From positions 1 to 54,989 of the IMG/VR virus record IMGVR_UViG_3300030107_002762: a stretch of DNA of 54,989 nucleotides. One strand, written 5' to 3'. This DNA is from a virus (lineage: Duplodnaviria; Caudoviricetes). Shown here piece by piece: positions 9,655-18,562 of this stretch. The first letter of the stretch is position 1. Every line of letters begins with the position of its first letter. Under the pieces are notes generated by a model, which was given only the letters and a program-made list of their open reading frames with translations, was not told where the DNA came from and did not search any database. Both the position numbers and the translations under genes were made by a program.

Positions 9655-11412
9655 TCATACTGTATATATTTTTAAAGGTTTTTCTTTGCCTTTTACTTTT
9701 ATAGGTTTTAATGGTTTTAAATAATAACCACATTTACTTTCCGTATTTTCACCTATTAAAATATCTACCCCCGCGTCTTTTGTACCTGATTCTAATCTAG
9801 CTGCAGTGTTTACCGCGTCACCAATAGCGGTATAATCAAATCGTGAGGAAGACCCCATATTACCGATTACTGCTTCTCCTGTGTTTACTCCTATGCCTAT
9901 GGCTACTGCAGGAAGTCCTTCCGCTTGGAGTTCTATATTAAGGTCAGCCATATTTTGCCAAATATCTTTAGCACAATCTACCGCTATTTGTTCATGATGT
10001 AATACGTCTAAAGGAGCATTAAATATAGCCATCATAGCGTCGCCTATGTATTTATCAACCATACCACCGTGTTTTTGCACTGCTGCTTGTTGAGCGGTAA
10101 GAGCTTTATTCATAATATAAGTTACTTTTTCTGGCGTTACAGCTTCTGATAAAGCGGTAAACCCTCGTACATCGGTAAATAAAAAAGTAGCGTATCTTTT
10201 TTCACCACCTAATTTTAATAACTCAGGATTCTTTTGTAGCTGTTTTACTTGTCTAGGGTCTAAGTAATGTTCGAATTGTTTTTTAATTTCTAAACGTAAT
10301 TTATATTGTTCACGAAAACGTAAATAAAAAGCAATCGTTCCTGTTATAAATTCACTAATTAAAGTCCACGTTGTATCTATTAATAATCCTTGTTGTATAG
10401 CATAATATCCTCCGATAGCGGTGCTAGACATAATAGCACTAAAACAAAGAACCCCTGCAGTAACGCCTAAGTTGCTTAACACAACCCAAACTAAAAGCAG
10501 GGATATAACTAATATTAAAACTTCAACGGCTAAACTGTAGTCGGGGATAAATGGACTATTTTCTACCAATATTGATTCTGCTAGTGCTGCTTGTACCTTG
10601 TGTGGTTCAAGTAATCCAACTGGGGTAGCTAACTGTGGCATTACGCCCTCAGCAGTAACTCCTACAAAAACAAATTTATTTTGTACGGCTAACTCTTGCA
10701 TATTAGTTTCTGGAGTATCTACCCAACTAACCCACTTACGTCCTAATCCGTCCGTTTTAACGGCAGGTAAACCTTTTACCCGTACTTCTTCTATACCGTT
10801 CGTATTAGTCTTAATAACGTACGTATTAGCCCCTGTTAGGGCTTTTAGTACTTCGGTACCGAAAGCGGGTAACCACCCGTTAGGCGTCTTATATAGAAGC
10901 GGTATACGTCTAACTAAGTTATCTACGTCTACGGGAGCCGTAGCTATACCTTCATTTGCTTCTAATTCAGGTATATTTCTTACCGTGCCTTGAGCTAAAT
11001 AACCACCGTTGCCTTCACCCATAATAACGGTGCCTACCGTATCTGGGTATTTACCATTAGCGTTTTCGAATAAAGCTAATACCGAAGGAGCATAACTAAG
11101 AGCTATTTTAAAATTACCGTCGCCACCAAAACGGTCTTTATGTGGAAAGCCAATAACCCAACCAACGCCTAAAGCTCCTCGGTTTAACAATTCTATTTGT
11201 AATTCTGCTAAACGTTGTCTAGGAAAAGGATAACCACCTTCATTATTAACATCTTCTTCAGTGATATTTAAGATAACAAAATTACCAGAAGGTTCAGGAG
11301 TCTTTACAAAAGTATCAAAAGTTTTTAATTTTAATATTTCTTGCGGAGCTAAACTAAAAATTAACGGTAAACTTAACACCGTTATTATTACAATAATTTT
11401 TAAATACTTCAC
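9655..11412 (-). CDS. CHASE2-domain membrane class III adenylate cyclase
   Basis: N-terminal TM, CHASE2 (VILNITEE, YPFPR, DNLVRRIPL), three TMs, catalytic FTDVRGFT, DKYIGD, YTAIGDAVNTAARLE. Confidence 0.92.
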   Translation of the reverse strand: MKYLKIIVIITVLSLPLIFSLAPQEILKLKTFDTFVKTPEPSGNFVILNITEEDVNNEGGYPFPRQRLAELQIELLNRGALGVGWVIGFPHKDRFGGDGNFKIALSYAPSVLALFENANGKYPDTVGTVIMGEGNGGYLAQGTVRNIPELEANEGIATAPVDVDNLVRRIPLLYKTPNGWLPAFGTEVLKALTGANTYVIKTNTNGIEEVRVKGLPAVKTDGLGRKWVSWVDTPETNMQELAVQNKFVFVGVTAEGVMPQLATPVGLLEPHKVQAALAESILVENSPFIPDYSLAVEVLILVISLLLVWVVLSNLGVTAGVLCFSAIMSSTAIGGYYAIQQGLLIDTTWTLISEFITGTIAFYLRFREQYKLRLEIKKQFEHYLDPRQVKQLQKNPELLKLGGEKRYATFLFTDVRGFTALSEAVTPEKVTYIMNKALTAQQAAVQKHGGMVDKYIGDAMMAIFNAPLDVLHHEQIAVDCAKDIWQNMADLNIELQAEGLPAVAIGIGVNTGEAVIGNMGSSSRFDYTAIGDAVNTAARLESGTKDAGVDILIGENTESKCGYYLKPLKPIKVKGKEKPLKIYTV

Positions 11413-12563
11413 CCTGAACCTTGTCTAATATTTATTGTAGAATCACTACCACCGTTTACTTTAATTTCATTCATCACGCCGTCTTGTTCTAAAATTACAG
11501 TGTAGCTATTGTCGCTATCTATATTTAATACTGCACCTTGTCCTACAGTTCTATTTAAACTTATTTGTGCTCCAGAAACTACTGTGGTTATCTGAGTTTT
11601 AGTGTCTTGACCAATGTTAGTGCCTCGAATAGTAGAAGAAATAGCTGATTGATCAAGCTGATCTTCGTCTGTTAAACTGTCTAGTTCATTTAAAATATTT
11701 AATAAATCTTCTAAAAAATTTACATTTAACGCATCGTAATCTAATTCAGTAAAATCTAACTGTTCTTCTTCTTTTAAGTTTTCTTCTGCTAAATAATCAA
11801 AATCTAATTCATTAAAATCTAAAATAGGGTCTTTTATTTCTTGTGTTTCTTCTTCTTCTGTTTTTATTACTTTTTTAGGCGGTGTAACAATTAACATATT
11901 ATCAATAAAATCTAATGACAAATCTAATAATACAGGAGGACTAGGCGTTGCTTCTAAGGTAGTTGTCGTTGTGGCTTGATATGCTTGGTTTAAAATTACC
12001 TCACCCATAGCCGTACTAACTACTATTTCTCCAGAAGGGTTACCAAATTCATCAGGTAATAAAATAAATAAACTTTCACCCGTGTCGGGTTCTACTGTAA
12101 TAGTAAAATCTGTTCCTCTAATCGCTACCGTAGCTGAGTCCGTACGAATAGTCATATTTTCTTTTGGAATACTACTAAATTTAGCAGTTACAAAACGAGC
12201 CGTGCCTTTAGCAAAAGATAACGCTAACTTACTTTTTGTTGGGTTAGGGTCGTAAATGTATTCGTCAATAATTAAAGTAGAATGTTCTGTTAGTTTAACT
12301 TTACTATCGTCAGCAAAACGTAAACCTAATCTACCTTGTTCAGTTTTAGCCTCATCGTTAGATTGTAAATTAAAATCAATTACTGCTTTATAATCTTTAT
12401 CACGGCTTATTTGTCCGTAACCTGAGACTTCTTCTACAGAGCCGATGTTAAGGGCAACTGGTTGCTGTGCCTTGATCGTTTTGGATAATACAGAAAGTAC
12501 CATTAGAACCATTAGAAATGACACGTAACCAGTCGTTATCGAGTGTTGACGCCTGTGTAACAT
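11409..12563 (-). CDS. FecR-domain periplasmic protein with acidic linker and curlin-like C-terminus
   Basis: Signal peptide; FADDSKVKL and VAIRGTDF FecR motifs; true start probably near 12513. Confidence 0.8.
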   Translation of the reverse strand: MLHRRQHSITTGYVSFLMVLMVLSVLSKTIKAQQPVALNIGSVEEVSGYGQISRDKDYKAVIDFNLQSNDEAKTEQGRLGLRFADDSKVKLTEHSTLIIDEYIYDPNPTKSKLALSFAKGTARFVTAKFSSIPKENMTIRTDSATVAIRGTDFTITVEPDTGESLFILLPDEFGNPSGEIVVSTAMGEVILNQAYQATTTTTLEATPSPPVLLDLSLDFIDNMLIVTPPKKVIKTEEEETQEIKDPILDFNELDFDYLAEENLKEEEQLDFTELDYDALNVNFLEDLLNILNELDSLTDEDQLDQSAISSTIRGTNIGQDTKTQITTVVSGAQISLNRTVGQGAVLNIDSDNSYTVILEQDGVMNEIKVNGGSDSTINIRQGSG

Positions 12564-13158
12564 TTATAGTTCTAGAACCTCCTGTGTGGTTTAAATGAAA
12601 AAAGCCTCCTTGAAAACCATCACCGTTATAGTTAATGGTGTTATCAGAACCATCAACATTCATATAGTTAGTAGCCAAGTCTACATCGATATCGGAATCA
12701 ATAGTATTGTTTGAACCGTTGATGATCCAATCTAAATCTAACGTAGTAGCTAATGCTGCGGTGCCTTGGTCTAAAGACATATCGTTAGCTGTTCCTGTTA
12801 CTGAAATATTTACGTTAGAGCCGTCAGTGGAATAAGTGTTAGTAGGGTCTGTTTGAATATCGAAAATATTACTAGAACCAGAAAATTCAAAAAACCCAAT
12901 ATAATTATCAGCGTTAATATCTCCTTTAAATAAATTACTAGAACCTATCTGATTGATATCTAAGGTCATGTTAGTTCCGTCTAAATCTAGTGGCGTCATG
13001 CTCCCTGAAGTAGATAAAACTCCTCCAATTAAGTTACCTGAACCTAGCTGTTCTATATCTGCGTTTAGGGTTGCTCCTGATTGATCAATAGATATTTCGT
13101 TATCCGCAGACCATAAAAAATTAGATAAAACTATTAACAAAAATAATTGTTTTTTCAT
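12448..13158 (-). CDS. Secreted curlin-like (CsgA/CsgB-like) beta-solenoid protein
   Basis: MKK signal peptide; repeats NEISIDQSG, DIEQLGSGN, DINQIGSSN; directly after csgG. Confidence 0.65.
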   Translation of the reverse strand: MKKQLFLLIVLSNFLWSADNEISIDQSGATLNADIEQLGSGNLIGGVLSTSGSMTPLDLDGTNMTLDINQIGSSNLFKGDINADNYIGFFEFSGSSNIFDIQTDPTNTYSTDGSNVNISVTGTANDMSLDQGTAALATTLDLDWIINGSNNTIDSDIDVDLATNYMNVDGSDNTINYNGDGFQGGFFHLNHTGGSRTINVTQASTLDNDWLRVISNGSNGTFCIIQNDQGTATSCP

Positions 13159-14000
13159 TGTTTTAAGCTCCAATATTCGTATTGTATTCCTTCCATGATG
13201 GTTTTGTAAACTGCTGTTTCTATGGCTGCTTGTAGGGCTATAGTTACTCCTTCGTTCTCTACGTTACCGTTTTCTATCTCTATTAACCTAGTATTATCTT
13301 TTACGAAACGGAAAACATCTTGATTAATACCTACGCTTAAAATAGTTTTAGTAACAGTAACTTCTGTTAAAATACGCCCCGTAAGCACAGAAACCGTGCG
13401 TAAACTTATTGTAACTGTATCTTGTCGGTATTCTTTACTTACCCCAATACCTAATATTCTACCTCCCGAACCACCTGAACGAGTATTAGTTTCATAACCA
13501 ACTACCGCACCTTCCATTAAAATACCTGCAAATAATAAAGGTTTTAATTTTTGTTCTTCATCAAAGTCTTTTCGTGTACTACGAATTAATTGTCGTTCTT
13601 TAGTTAAGTTATCTAAACCAACGCGTTCTACTACTTCGAAAAAATTACCTTTGCTAGTGTCTTTTAATGCTTTTATTAATAATGCGTAAGGGGCTTGAGT
13701 AACTGCGGTGCTAAAAGAAGCATAAGTACTATTACTTCTACGTTGTCCTGTTTGATCAGTAAACGCGGTAGGATATACCGCTACCACGGGTTTTATATTT
13801 GGAATTCCTAAATTACTTAAGTTTTCATTAATGACTTCAGAAACCTCTGCATATCTTGAAGGTTCTAAATTTTCTATCGCTTGTTCTGTTTTTAATAAAG
13901 CACAACTAGAAAGTAAAACTATCAAGAGGAAAAGTAATGATCGTTTCGTTGCCGTCAGCATCAGTGATAGTAAGTGTAATCGTAGTATCATCAGCAACAT
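13155..14000 (-). CDS. csgG: Curli secretion channel CsgG-like outer-membrane lipoprotein
   Basis: Lipobox LSSC; DQTGQ, FSTAVTQ, VVERVGLDNLTKERQLIR; true start is downstream of the annotated one. Confidence 0.9.
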   Translation of the reverse strand: MLLMILRLHLLSLMLTATKRSLLFLLIVLLSSCALLKTEQAIENLEPSRYAEVSEVINENLSNLGIPNIKPVVAVYPTAFTDQTGQRRSNSTYASFSTAVTQAPYALLIKALKDTSKGNFFEVVERVGLDNLTKERQLIRSTRKDFDEEQKLKPLLFAGILMEGAVVGYETNTRSGGSGGRILGIGVSKEYRQDTVTISLRTVSVLTGRILTEVTVTKTILSVGINQDVFRFVKDNTRLIEIENGNVENEGVTIALQAAIETAVYKTIMEGIQYEYWSLKQ

Positions 14001-14403
14001 AGTCTATCCTGTTTCCCTCTAATTCAATAGTACCTGCGTTAGAAGCAGTCTCTCCGAATAAATTATCTACTAATTGTTGTGATAGCTTAGCATAAACTCT
14101 AGATTCTAAATTTCTAATAAAACGGGCTAACGTGCTGTTATTTTTATCTCTTTCTGCTTCATCTGCGGCAGCTTTTAAAGCATCTGAAATACTTTGTTTT
14201 CTTGTTTTTTCTTGATTTTCTATTGTTAAATAATGTGCTGAAGTTCCTACTCCTGAAAAACTAGGGCTTTTAAAAGTAAACTTCATTTCGTCTGCTTGGG
14301 TAACAGATGAATAAACTATAGCAAAAACTATAAAAACAATACCCGTGTACGCGAAAATATTTTCAATCGCTATTTCGTTCTTTGTTTTCTTTCGTTTCCT
14401 CAT
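13906..14403 (-). CDS. csgF: Curli assembly protein CsgF-like
   Basis: Signal/TM segment then FKSPSFSG; FIRNLESRVYAKLSQQLVDNLFG; adjacent to csgG. Confidence 0.8.
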   Translation of the reverse strand: MRKRKKTKNEIAIENIFAYTGIVFIVFAIVYSSVTQADEMKFTFKSPSFSGVGTSAHYLTIENQEKTRKQSISDALKAAADEAERDKNNSTLARFIRNLESRVYAKLSQQLVDNLFGETASNAGTIELEGNRIDYVADDTTITLTITDADGNETIITFPLDSFTF

Positions 14404-14638
14404 CTTTTAATTCTCTTAACTCAATCACAGTATCTAGTTTTTGTTGTAATCTTATTAAATCATTGTCCAACATACGTACTCTATCGATTAAAGCTATTAA
14501 CGTAACGTTAGCGTCCGCAAGTTTAGCTTTTATATTTTTTGTAATAAAGTTCCAAATATAATAAAGAATATACAGCAGCCCGACGGTAGCTACAATGGGA
14601 AAACCATATTCACTAATAATTACTGCAATATTTTCCAT
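14363..14638 (-). CDS. Small single-TM protein with coiled coil
   Basis: EYGFPI, TM, coiled coil; paralog of the next gene. Confidence 0.6.
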   Translation of the reverse strand: MENIAVIISEYGFPIVATVGLLYILYYIWNFITKNIKAKLADANVTLIALIDRVRMLDNDLIRLQQKLDTVIELRELKDEETKENKERNSD

Positions 14639-14919
14639 TAATCTCTACGAGCGTCGTTTTTACCATCGGCTCTTGCAATACGTTCTAGGTCAGGTCGAAT
14701 ACCTAACACCGAACACATAGTAGCATCAACACGAATCATATCGTGATTCATAGTTTTTACTCTATTATCTAAAGCCGTAACAATATTATGAATACCGTCT
14801 ACCTGACCTACGACGCTTTCTAAAATATATTTTACGGTAAGAAAAATAAAAAACCCGCCTAATAAAGACATGGCTATAGGAAAGCCAACTTCAGCTATTA
14901 ATGTAAAATAGGTTTGCAT
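14638..14919 (-). CDS. Small single-TM protein with coiled coil
   Basis: EVGFPI, TM, coiled coil. Confidence 0.6.
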   Translation of the reverse strand: MQTYFTLIAEVGFPIAMSLLGGFFIFLTVKYILESVVGQVDGIHNIVTALDNRVKTMNHDMIRVDATMCSVLGIRPDLERIARADGKNDARRD

Positions 14920-15086
14920 CGTTCTATATCTTCAACAGCTATCGTTTCATCTAACATACCTACTACAATTACTCCATATTCTTCTGCTTGTTCTTCAGCT
15001 TCTTCAAAAGATTCAGCAACGATATTAGGACCTTCGTGAATAGTTCCTCTAAACCTAAATTCTGTAAGGAATATTTTTAAAGACAT
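14898..15086 (-). CDS. Small acidic hypothetical protein
   Basis: Overlapping start/stop coupling with both neighbours. Confidence 0.55.
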   Translation of the reverse strand: MSLKIFLTEFRFRGTIHEGPNIVAESFEEAEEQAEEYGVIVVGMLDETIAVEDIERCKPILH

Positions 15087-15433
15087 TAATCACCGCCTTT
15101 AAAGTTTTTACTTTGTCCTGAAGTACCTGCGTAAATACCAAAAACTGCTGCCATGGCTCCTACTACGATTGATACTAATGCTGATTGTTCTAGGTTAGGT
15201 TCTGGTAATTCCATAAACCAAATAACAACTTTGTAAAGGAGTACGATATAAACACTTACAAAAATTCTAGGAAAAATACGCCATGCGTCTATAGTTTTAG
15301 CTAAATGTACCCAGTTTATATAAGGGTTTTCTCCTTTATTATTAGGCGTAACATCTATATCTAATTCTAATTTCTTTTTTATTGGGGGTTCTCTTTCAAC
15401 TATAGCGTTATCAGTTATTATCTTTTCTTCCAT
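15086..15433 (-). CDS. Two-TM membrane protein, holin candidate
   Basis: AWRIFPRIF followed by two hydrophobic helices. Confidence 0.5.
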   Translation of the reverse strand: MEEKIITDNAIVEREPPIKKKLELDIDVTPNNKGENPYINWVHLAKTIDAWRIFPRIFVSVYIVLLYKVVIWFMELPEPNLEQSALVSIVVGAMAAVFGIYAGTSGQSKNFKGGD

Positions 15434-15861
15434 GATGTATCCTCTACTGGTGTAAATAAACCTAACTCGATAAGTTTAGCTCTATTAAGTAAATGGGTTT
15501 CTTCTACCTCTTGTTTATTTTGTCCATAATATGCTACTGCATAATAACCATCAACCATAGCTTTATTTATATCTACGCCATCACAAACTACGGTGCCTAA
15601 TACTCTACCGTATTTACCGCGGGAGTCTTTTAATTCTGTTCTAATAATTACTTGTTCTGCAGTATTTATAGCGTTTTGTAAATACGCTGCAGCTAATTTA
15701 CCTCTAACTTTTTCGTCTTTATTTCTGGTTCTAGACTCTGGAGTATCAATAGCATATAATCTAACTCTAGTTTTAAAAGAAACATCAAAACCTAAATCTA
15801 AAATAACGTCTATAGTATCACCATCAACAACACGTTCTACTGTACAGCTATATTCATACAT
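15418..15861 (-). CDS. Thermonuclease (SNase) family nuclease
   Basis: RVVDGDTID, RVRLYAIDTPE, GKYGRVL; start at MYEY. Confidence 0.9.
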   Translation of the reverse strand: MYEYSCTVERVVDGDTIDVILDLGFDVSFKTRVRLYAIDTPESRTRNKDEKVRGKLAAAYLQNAINTAEQVIIRTELKDSRGKYGRVLGTVVCDGVDINKAMVDGYYAVAYYGQNKQEVEETHLLNRAKLIELGLFTPVEDTSWKKR

Positions 15862-16042
15862 TCCTGCCTCGCTTTTTAGTAGTAGTTCTTGCTTGTCTAA
15901 AGTTCTTTTTACTTGGTGCACCTTTACTTCCTGGTTTACGCATACGTTCACCACTACCCGCTTTTATACGTCTACGTTTTGCATGAATATTTGCCCACAA
16001 TCCTGGACGTTTACTTTTACCTTTTTTACTATGTTTTGGCAT
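15854..16042 (-). CDS. Highly basic small protein
   Basis: K/R-rich, GLWANIHAKRRR. Confidence 0.65.
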   Translation of the reverse strand: MPKHSKKGKSKRPGLWANIHAKRRRIKAGSGERMRKPGSKGAPSKKNFRQARTTTKKRGRNV

Positions 16043-16327
16043 TTAACACTTCCATCTTCTTCTTGCTTGTCTCAACCTAGAATTAGGATTTTTTGCGGCT
16101 TTAGGAAACTTTTTCATTTGTCCTGCTGATCTAGCACAAAACGATTTACGTCTCTTAGCTGCTTTACTACCTTTTTTGACTTTACCAGTAACAGCGGTTT
16201 TTAATTTACTTCCAGGATTCATACGTCTATACGCTTTTACCCCTGCAGCAGTCATACCCGCACCTTTTTTAGTAGGTCTAAAATTCTTTTTATTACGTTT
16301 AGGCATTTTCGCCTGTTTTCTAGGCAC
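16043..16327 (-). CDS. Highly basic protein (DUF6321-like)
   Basis: RRKSFCARS and RLRQARRRWKC; GTG start after AAGGAG. Confidence 0.65.
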   Translation of the reverse strand: MPRKQAKMPKRNKKNFRPTKKGAGMTAAGVKAYRRMNPGSKLKTAVTGKVKKGSKAAKRRKSFCARSAGQMKKFPKAAKNPNSRLRQARRRWKC

Positions 16328-16625
16328 GTCTTTTTCTCCTTCTTGTGGTTTTCTTTTTAGCAAACGTTCTTACATTAGTTGGTTTGCCTCCTGGATTACC
16401 TGCTGCTCTTTTTCTACGTACTGCACTTTTACGTTGTGCTGCAGTCATGCTTCTAGCTTTAGCTCTGGGAACACATTTAGGGTATTTTCTTTTAGATTTA
16501 CCTTTAGCAGATTTACGCCCACATTTTTGAAACTTACCTTTTTTCTTAGGAGCACCTATATCAACCCAATCACCTTTAGGTCCTTTACCAAACCACTCTG
16601 TTAATCCACCTTTAGGTTTTGCCAC
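16320..16625 (-). CDS. Highly basic small protein
   Basis: GLTEWF, DWVDI, YPKCVP. Confidence 0.65.
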   Translation of the reverse strand: MAKPKGGLTEWFGKGPKGDWVDIGAPKKKGKFQKCGRKSAKGKSKRKYPKCVPRAKARSMTAAQRKSAVRRKRAAGNPGGKPTNVRTFAKKKTTRRRKRRA

Positions 16626-16914
16626 TTTTTTTCCTCGCTTTCCTAATAGCTTCTTTTCCGCGTTTAAAAATACTAACTACTTGTGTTTTACCCATGACTT
16701 TAGCTCTTTGTTCACCAACGGTAAGTATTTGTATTTTTCTAGCAAAAGGTTTTTTAACCTTTTTAACTTTAGCAACTGTTGCTCTAGCATCAGCAGGTGT
16801 TGCAAACTTAATTTTAACAGTGTCTTTAGGATTTTCATCTGTATATAACCTTCTACCAGACCCTTTTGGTTTTTTACCTGTGCCTTTTTTAGGGTCGCGT
16901 TTTTTCTTAGGCAT
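16612..16914 (-). CDS. Highly basic small protein
   Basis: GRRLYTDENPKDT; K-rich. Confidence 0.65.
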   Translation of the reverse strand: MPKKKRDPKKGTGKKPKGSGRRLYTDENPKDTVKIKFATPADARATVAKVKKVKKPFARKIQILTVGEQRAKVMGKTQVVSIFKRGKEAIRKARKKSGKT

Positions 16915-17093
16915 TATTTATAGCCACCACCACGTTTCTTATACGTACGTACTAACCAACCATTAGCATAAGCACTTGGATAAACTTTAAATTTACGTTT
17001 AGCTTCCGCTTTTACTCTTGCATATAATGCAGGATTAGTTGGCGTAGCTCCTTTTTTCTTTTTAGTTGTTTTCTTTTTCTTTTTTGCGGGCAT
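16914..17093 (-). CDS. Highly basic 59-aa protein (DUF5872-like), absent from the ORF track
   Basis: Manual translation MPAKKKKK...FKVYPSAYANGWLVRTYKKRGGGYK. Confidence 0.75.
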   Translation of the reverse strand: MPAKKKKKTTKKKKGATPTNPALYARVKAEAKRKFKVYPSAYANGWLVRTYKKRGGGYK

Positions 17094-17096
17094 AGT

Positions 17097-17267
17097 TTAT
17101 TTCCTCTTTTTAATTGGTTTTCTTTTAGTTACTTTTTTTGCTGAACCATATCTAGTTTTTTGATCTTTATTGATTTTTTCTAGTTTTTTAGCTTGTTCTG
17201 CGTGTAACTTACTAGCTTTTTTCAACGCTTTTACAATCTCATTTAAATCTTTAGTGTAATGTGGCAT
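17097..17267 (-). CDS. Basic 56-aa protein, absent from the ORF track
   Basis: Manual translation MPHYTKDLNEIVKALKKASKLHAEQAKKLEK...; fills the operon gap exactly. Confidence 0.7.
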   Translation of the reverse strand: MPHYTKDLNEIVKALKKASKLHAEQAKKLEKINKDQKTRYGSAKKVTKRKPIKKRK

Positions 17268-17268
17268 T

Positions 17269-17943
17269 TTAATCTTCGTATAAATTATTAAATGTAATTG
17301 CAGGGTCTAAATAACTTTCATGACCTTCAGCAGAGTGTACCCACTGAGAGGGTTTAAAGTCAGGTGCTCCATCACCTGTTACCCATAAAGCAGGACTTGT
17401 TGCTCTAACTCTGTTGTTAGGCAAAGCAACAAAGTTGCCTTTCCACTTACAATCTTCAGTTATATATAACACATGAGATTGTTTATGTTGAGCAGGGTCA
17501 TCAGCAATATCGCTATCAGTATAGTCTACGGTAAACATATAACGACCAGTATAAAACTCGCCGTCTATTTTACAAAGCCAAGGACTAGAACTGACTCTAT
17601 CCATAATCACTATAGAATGGTTTCTTGATTCACAATCCCAAGGTTGAGCTAAATGATCTTCCATTGGTTCTGGGAAATCCTGACTAGGAATATCGGCAAC
17701 TAATGCTTGTATTGGCATTCTAGCCCACATAGCACCGCCGTGGATATTACCTTCGTCATTATCGTCACAATTAGCTTCTTCTCCAGTAAAAACTACTTGA
17801 AAACTTAATGATCTATCAGGAATAGTAGTAACTGCTATTGCTAGTGCATGAATATACTCATCTTGGTATTCTTCATGGTTTTTAGTAAACTCTCGTCTAA
17901 CCCAACATTTAAAATGCGGGATGTTACTTATTAAATAAGGCAT
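17269..17943 (-). CDS. Conserved phage hypothetical protein
   Basis: HGGAMWARMPI, QPWDC, HKQSH, LPNNRVR; globular composition. Confidence 0.7.
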   Translation of the reverse strand: MPYLISNIPHFKCWVRREFTKNHEEYQDEYIHALAIAVTTIPDRSLSFQVVFTGEEANCDDNDEGNIHGGAMWARMPIQALVADIPSQDFPEPMEDHLAQPWDCESRNHSIVIMDRVSSSPWLCKIDGEFYTGRYMFTVDYTDSDIADDPAQHKQSHVLYITEDCKWKGNFVALPNNRVRATSPALWVTGDGAPDFKPSQWVHSAEGHESYLDPAITFNNLYED

Positions 17944-17946
17944 AGC

Positions 17947-18114
17947 TTATTTCTTTTTCTTTTTAAGAATTTTACGTTTTTTAGATTTTTTTCTTAAAGA
18001 ACCGCCCTTAGACATTTTTCTTAAAGAACCACCTTTAGACATTTTCCTTAAAGAACCGCCCTTAGACATTTTCCTTAAAGAACCACCTTTAGATTTACGT
18101 TTGTGCATTGGCAT
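17947..18114 (-). CDS. Protamine-like basic repeat protein
   Basis: Four SKGGSLRK units from a 27-nt tandem repeat; RBS AGGAGG before the ATG at 18114. Confidence 0.7.
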   Translation of the reverse strand: MPMHKRKSKGGSLRKMSKGGSLRKMSKGGSLRKMSKGGSLRKKSKKRKILKKKKK

Positions 18115-18116
18115 AA

Positions 18117-18560
18117 TTAACCTCCTTTTAATACACGTTTTTGTAATCTTACTGCTCTTTGTTTGACTTGTGTAGCCCAACGACTATCCATCATTTCCGT
18201 AGCAGCAAGTTCCCAGTTTCTTTCAGATAACGCTGTTAAAAATTTTTTAAACTTTTTTAATCGCGTAATACCTAAATTGAAACACATATTAGCTAACACT
18301 AATTGTATATCATCTGGTAACTCTCGCCACCAAGATAAACTCCTATCTAACTCTTTAAAAACTATTTCTATATCGTTTTTAAAACACTCGTTAATTCTTT
18401 TAGTAGATATGGGTGTACCAACAGGTTCTCCCCATTCTTTGTCTTTATCTGTTATTAAGTGTCCTATTCCAAAAGTATGGTAACCAAGATGATCTAAATA
18501 AATTTCGTTTATACAACCCTCATCGACTTTTAATTCTTCTCTAAGTTTTTCTATGTTCAT
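18117..18560 (-). CDS. Endolysin, T4-lysozyme-like (GH24)
   Basis: DEG, YLDHLG, TFGIGHL, NMCFNLG, DSRWATQV. Confidence 0.92.
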   Translation of the reverse strand: MNIEKLREELKVDEGCINEIYLDHLGYHTFGIGHLITDKDKEWGEPVGTPISTKRINECFKNDIEIVFKELDRSLSWWRELPDDIQLVLANMCFNLGITRLKKFKKFLTALSERNWELAATEMMDSRWATQVKQRAVRLQKRVLKGG

Positions 18561-18562
18561 AA

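Noticed and set aside
9655-11412. Cyclase as a Pycsar/CBASS-type defence enzyme
   Set aside because: Membrane CHASE2 architecture, ATP-type specificity residues and no adjacent cyclic-nucleotide-binding effector
9655-14403. Curli/cyclase block as host contamination or prophage flank
   Set aside because: Same strand, translationally coupled to phage genes, similar composition, and no integrase or att site seen
17990-18095. 27-nt tandem repeat as a possible mini-array or iteron set
   Set aside because: Variation is at synonymous positions of an SKGGSLRKM peptide repeat
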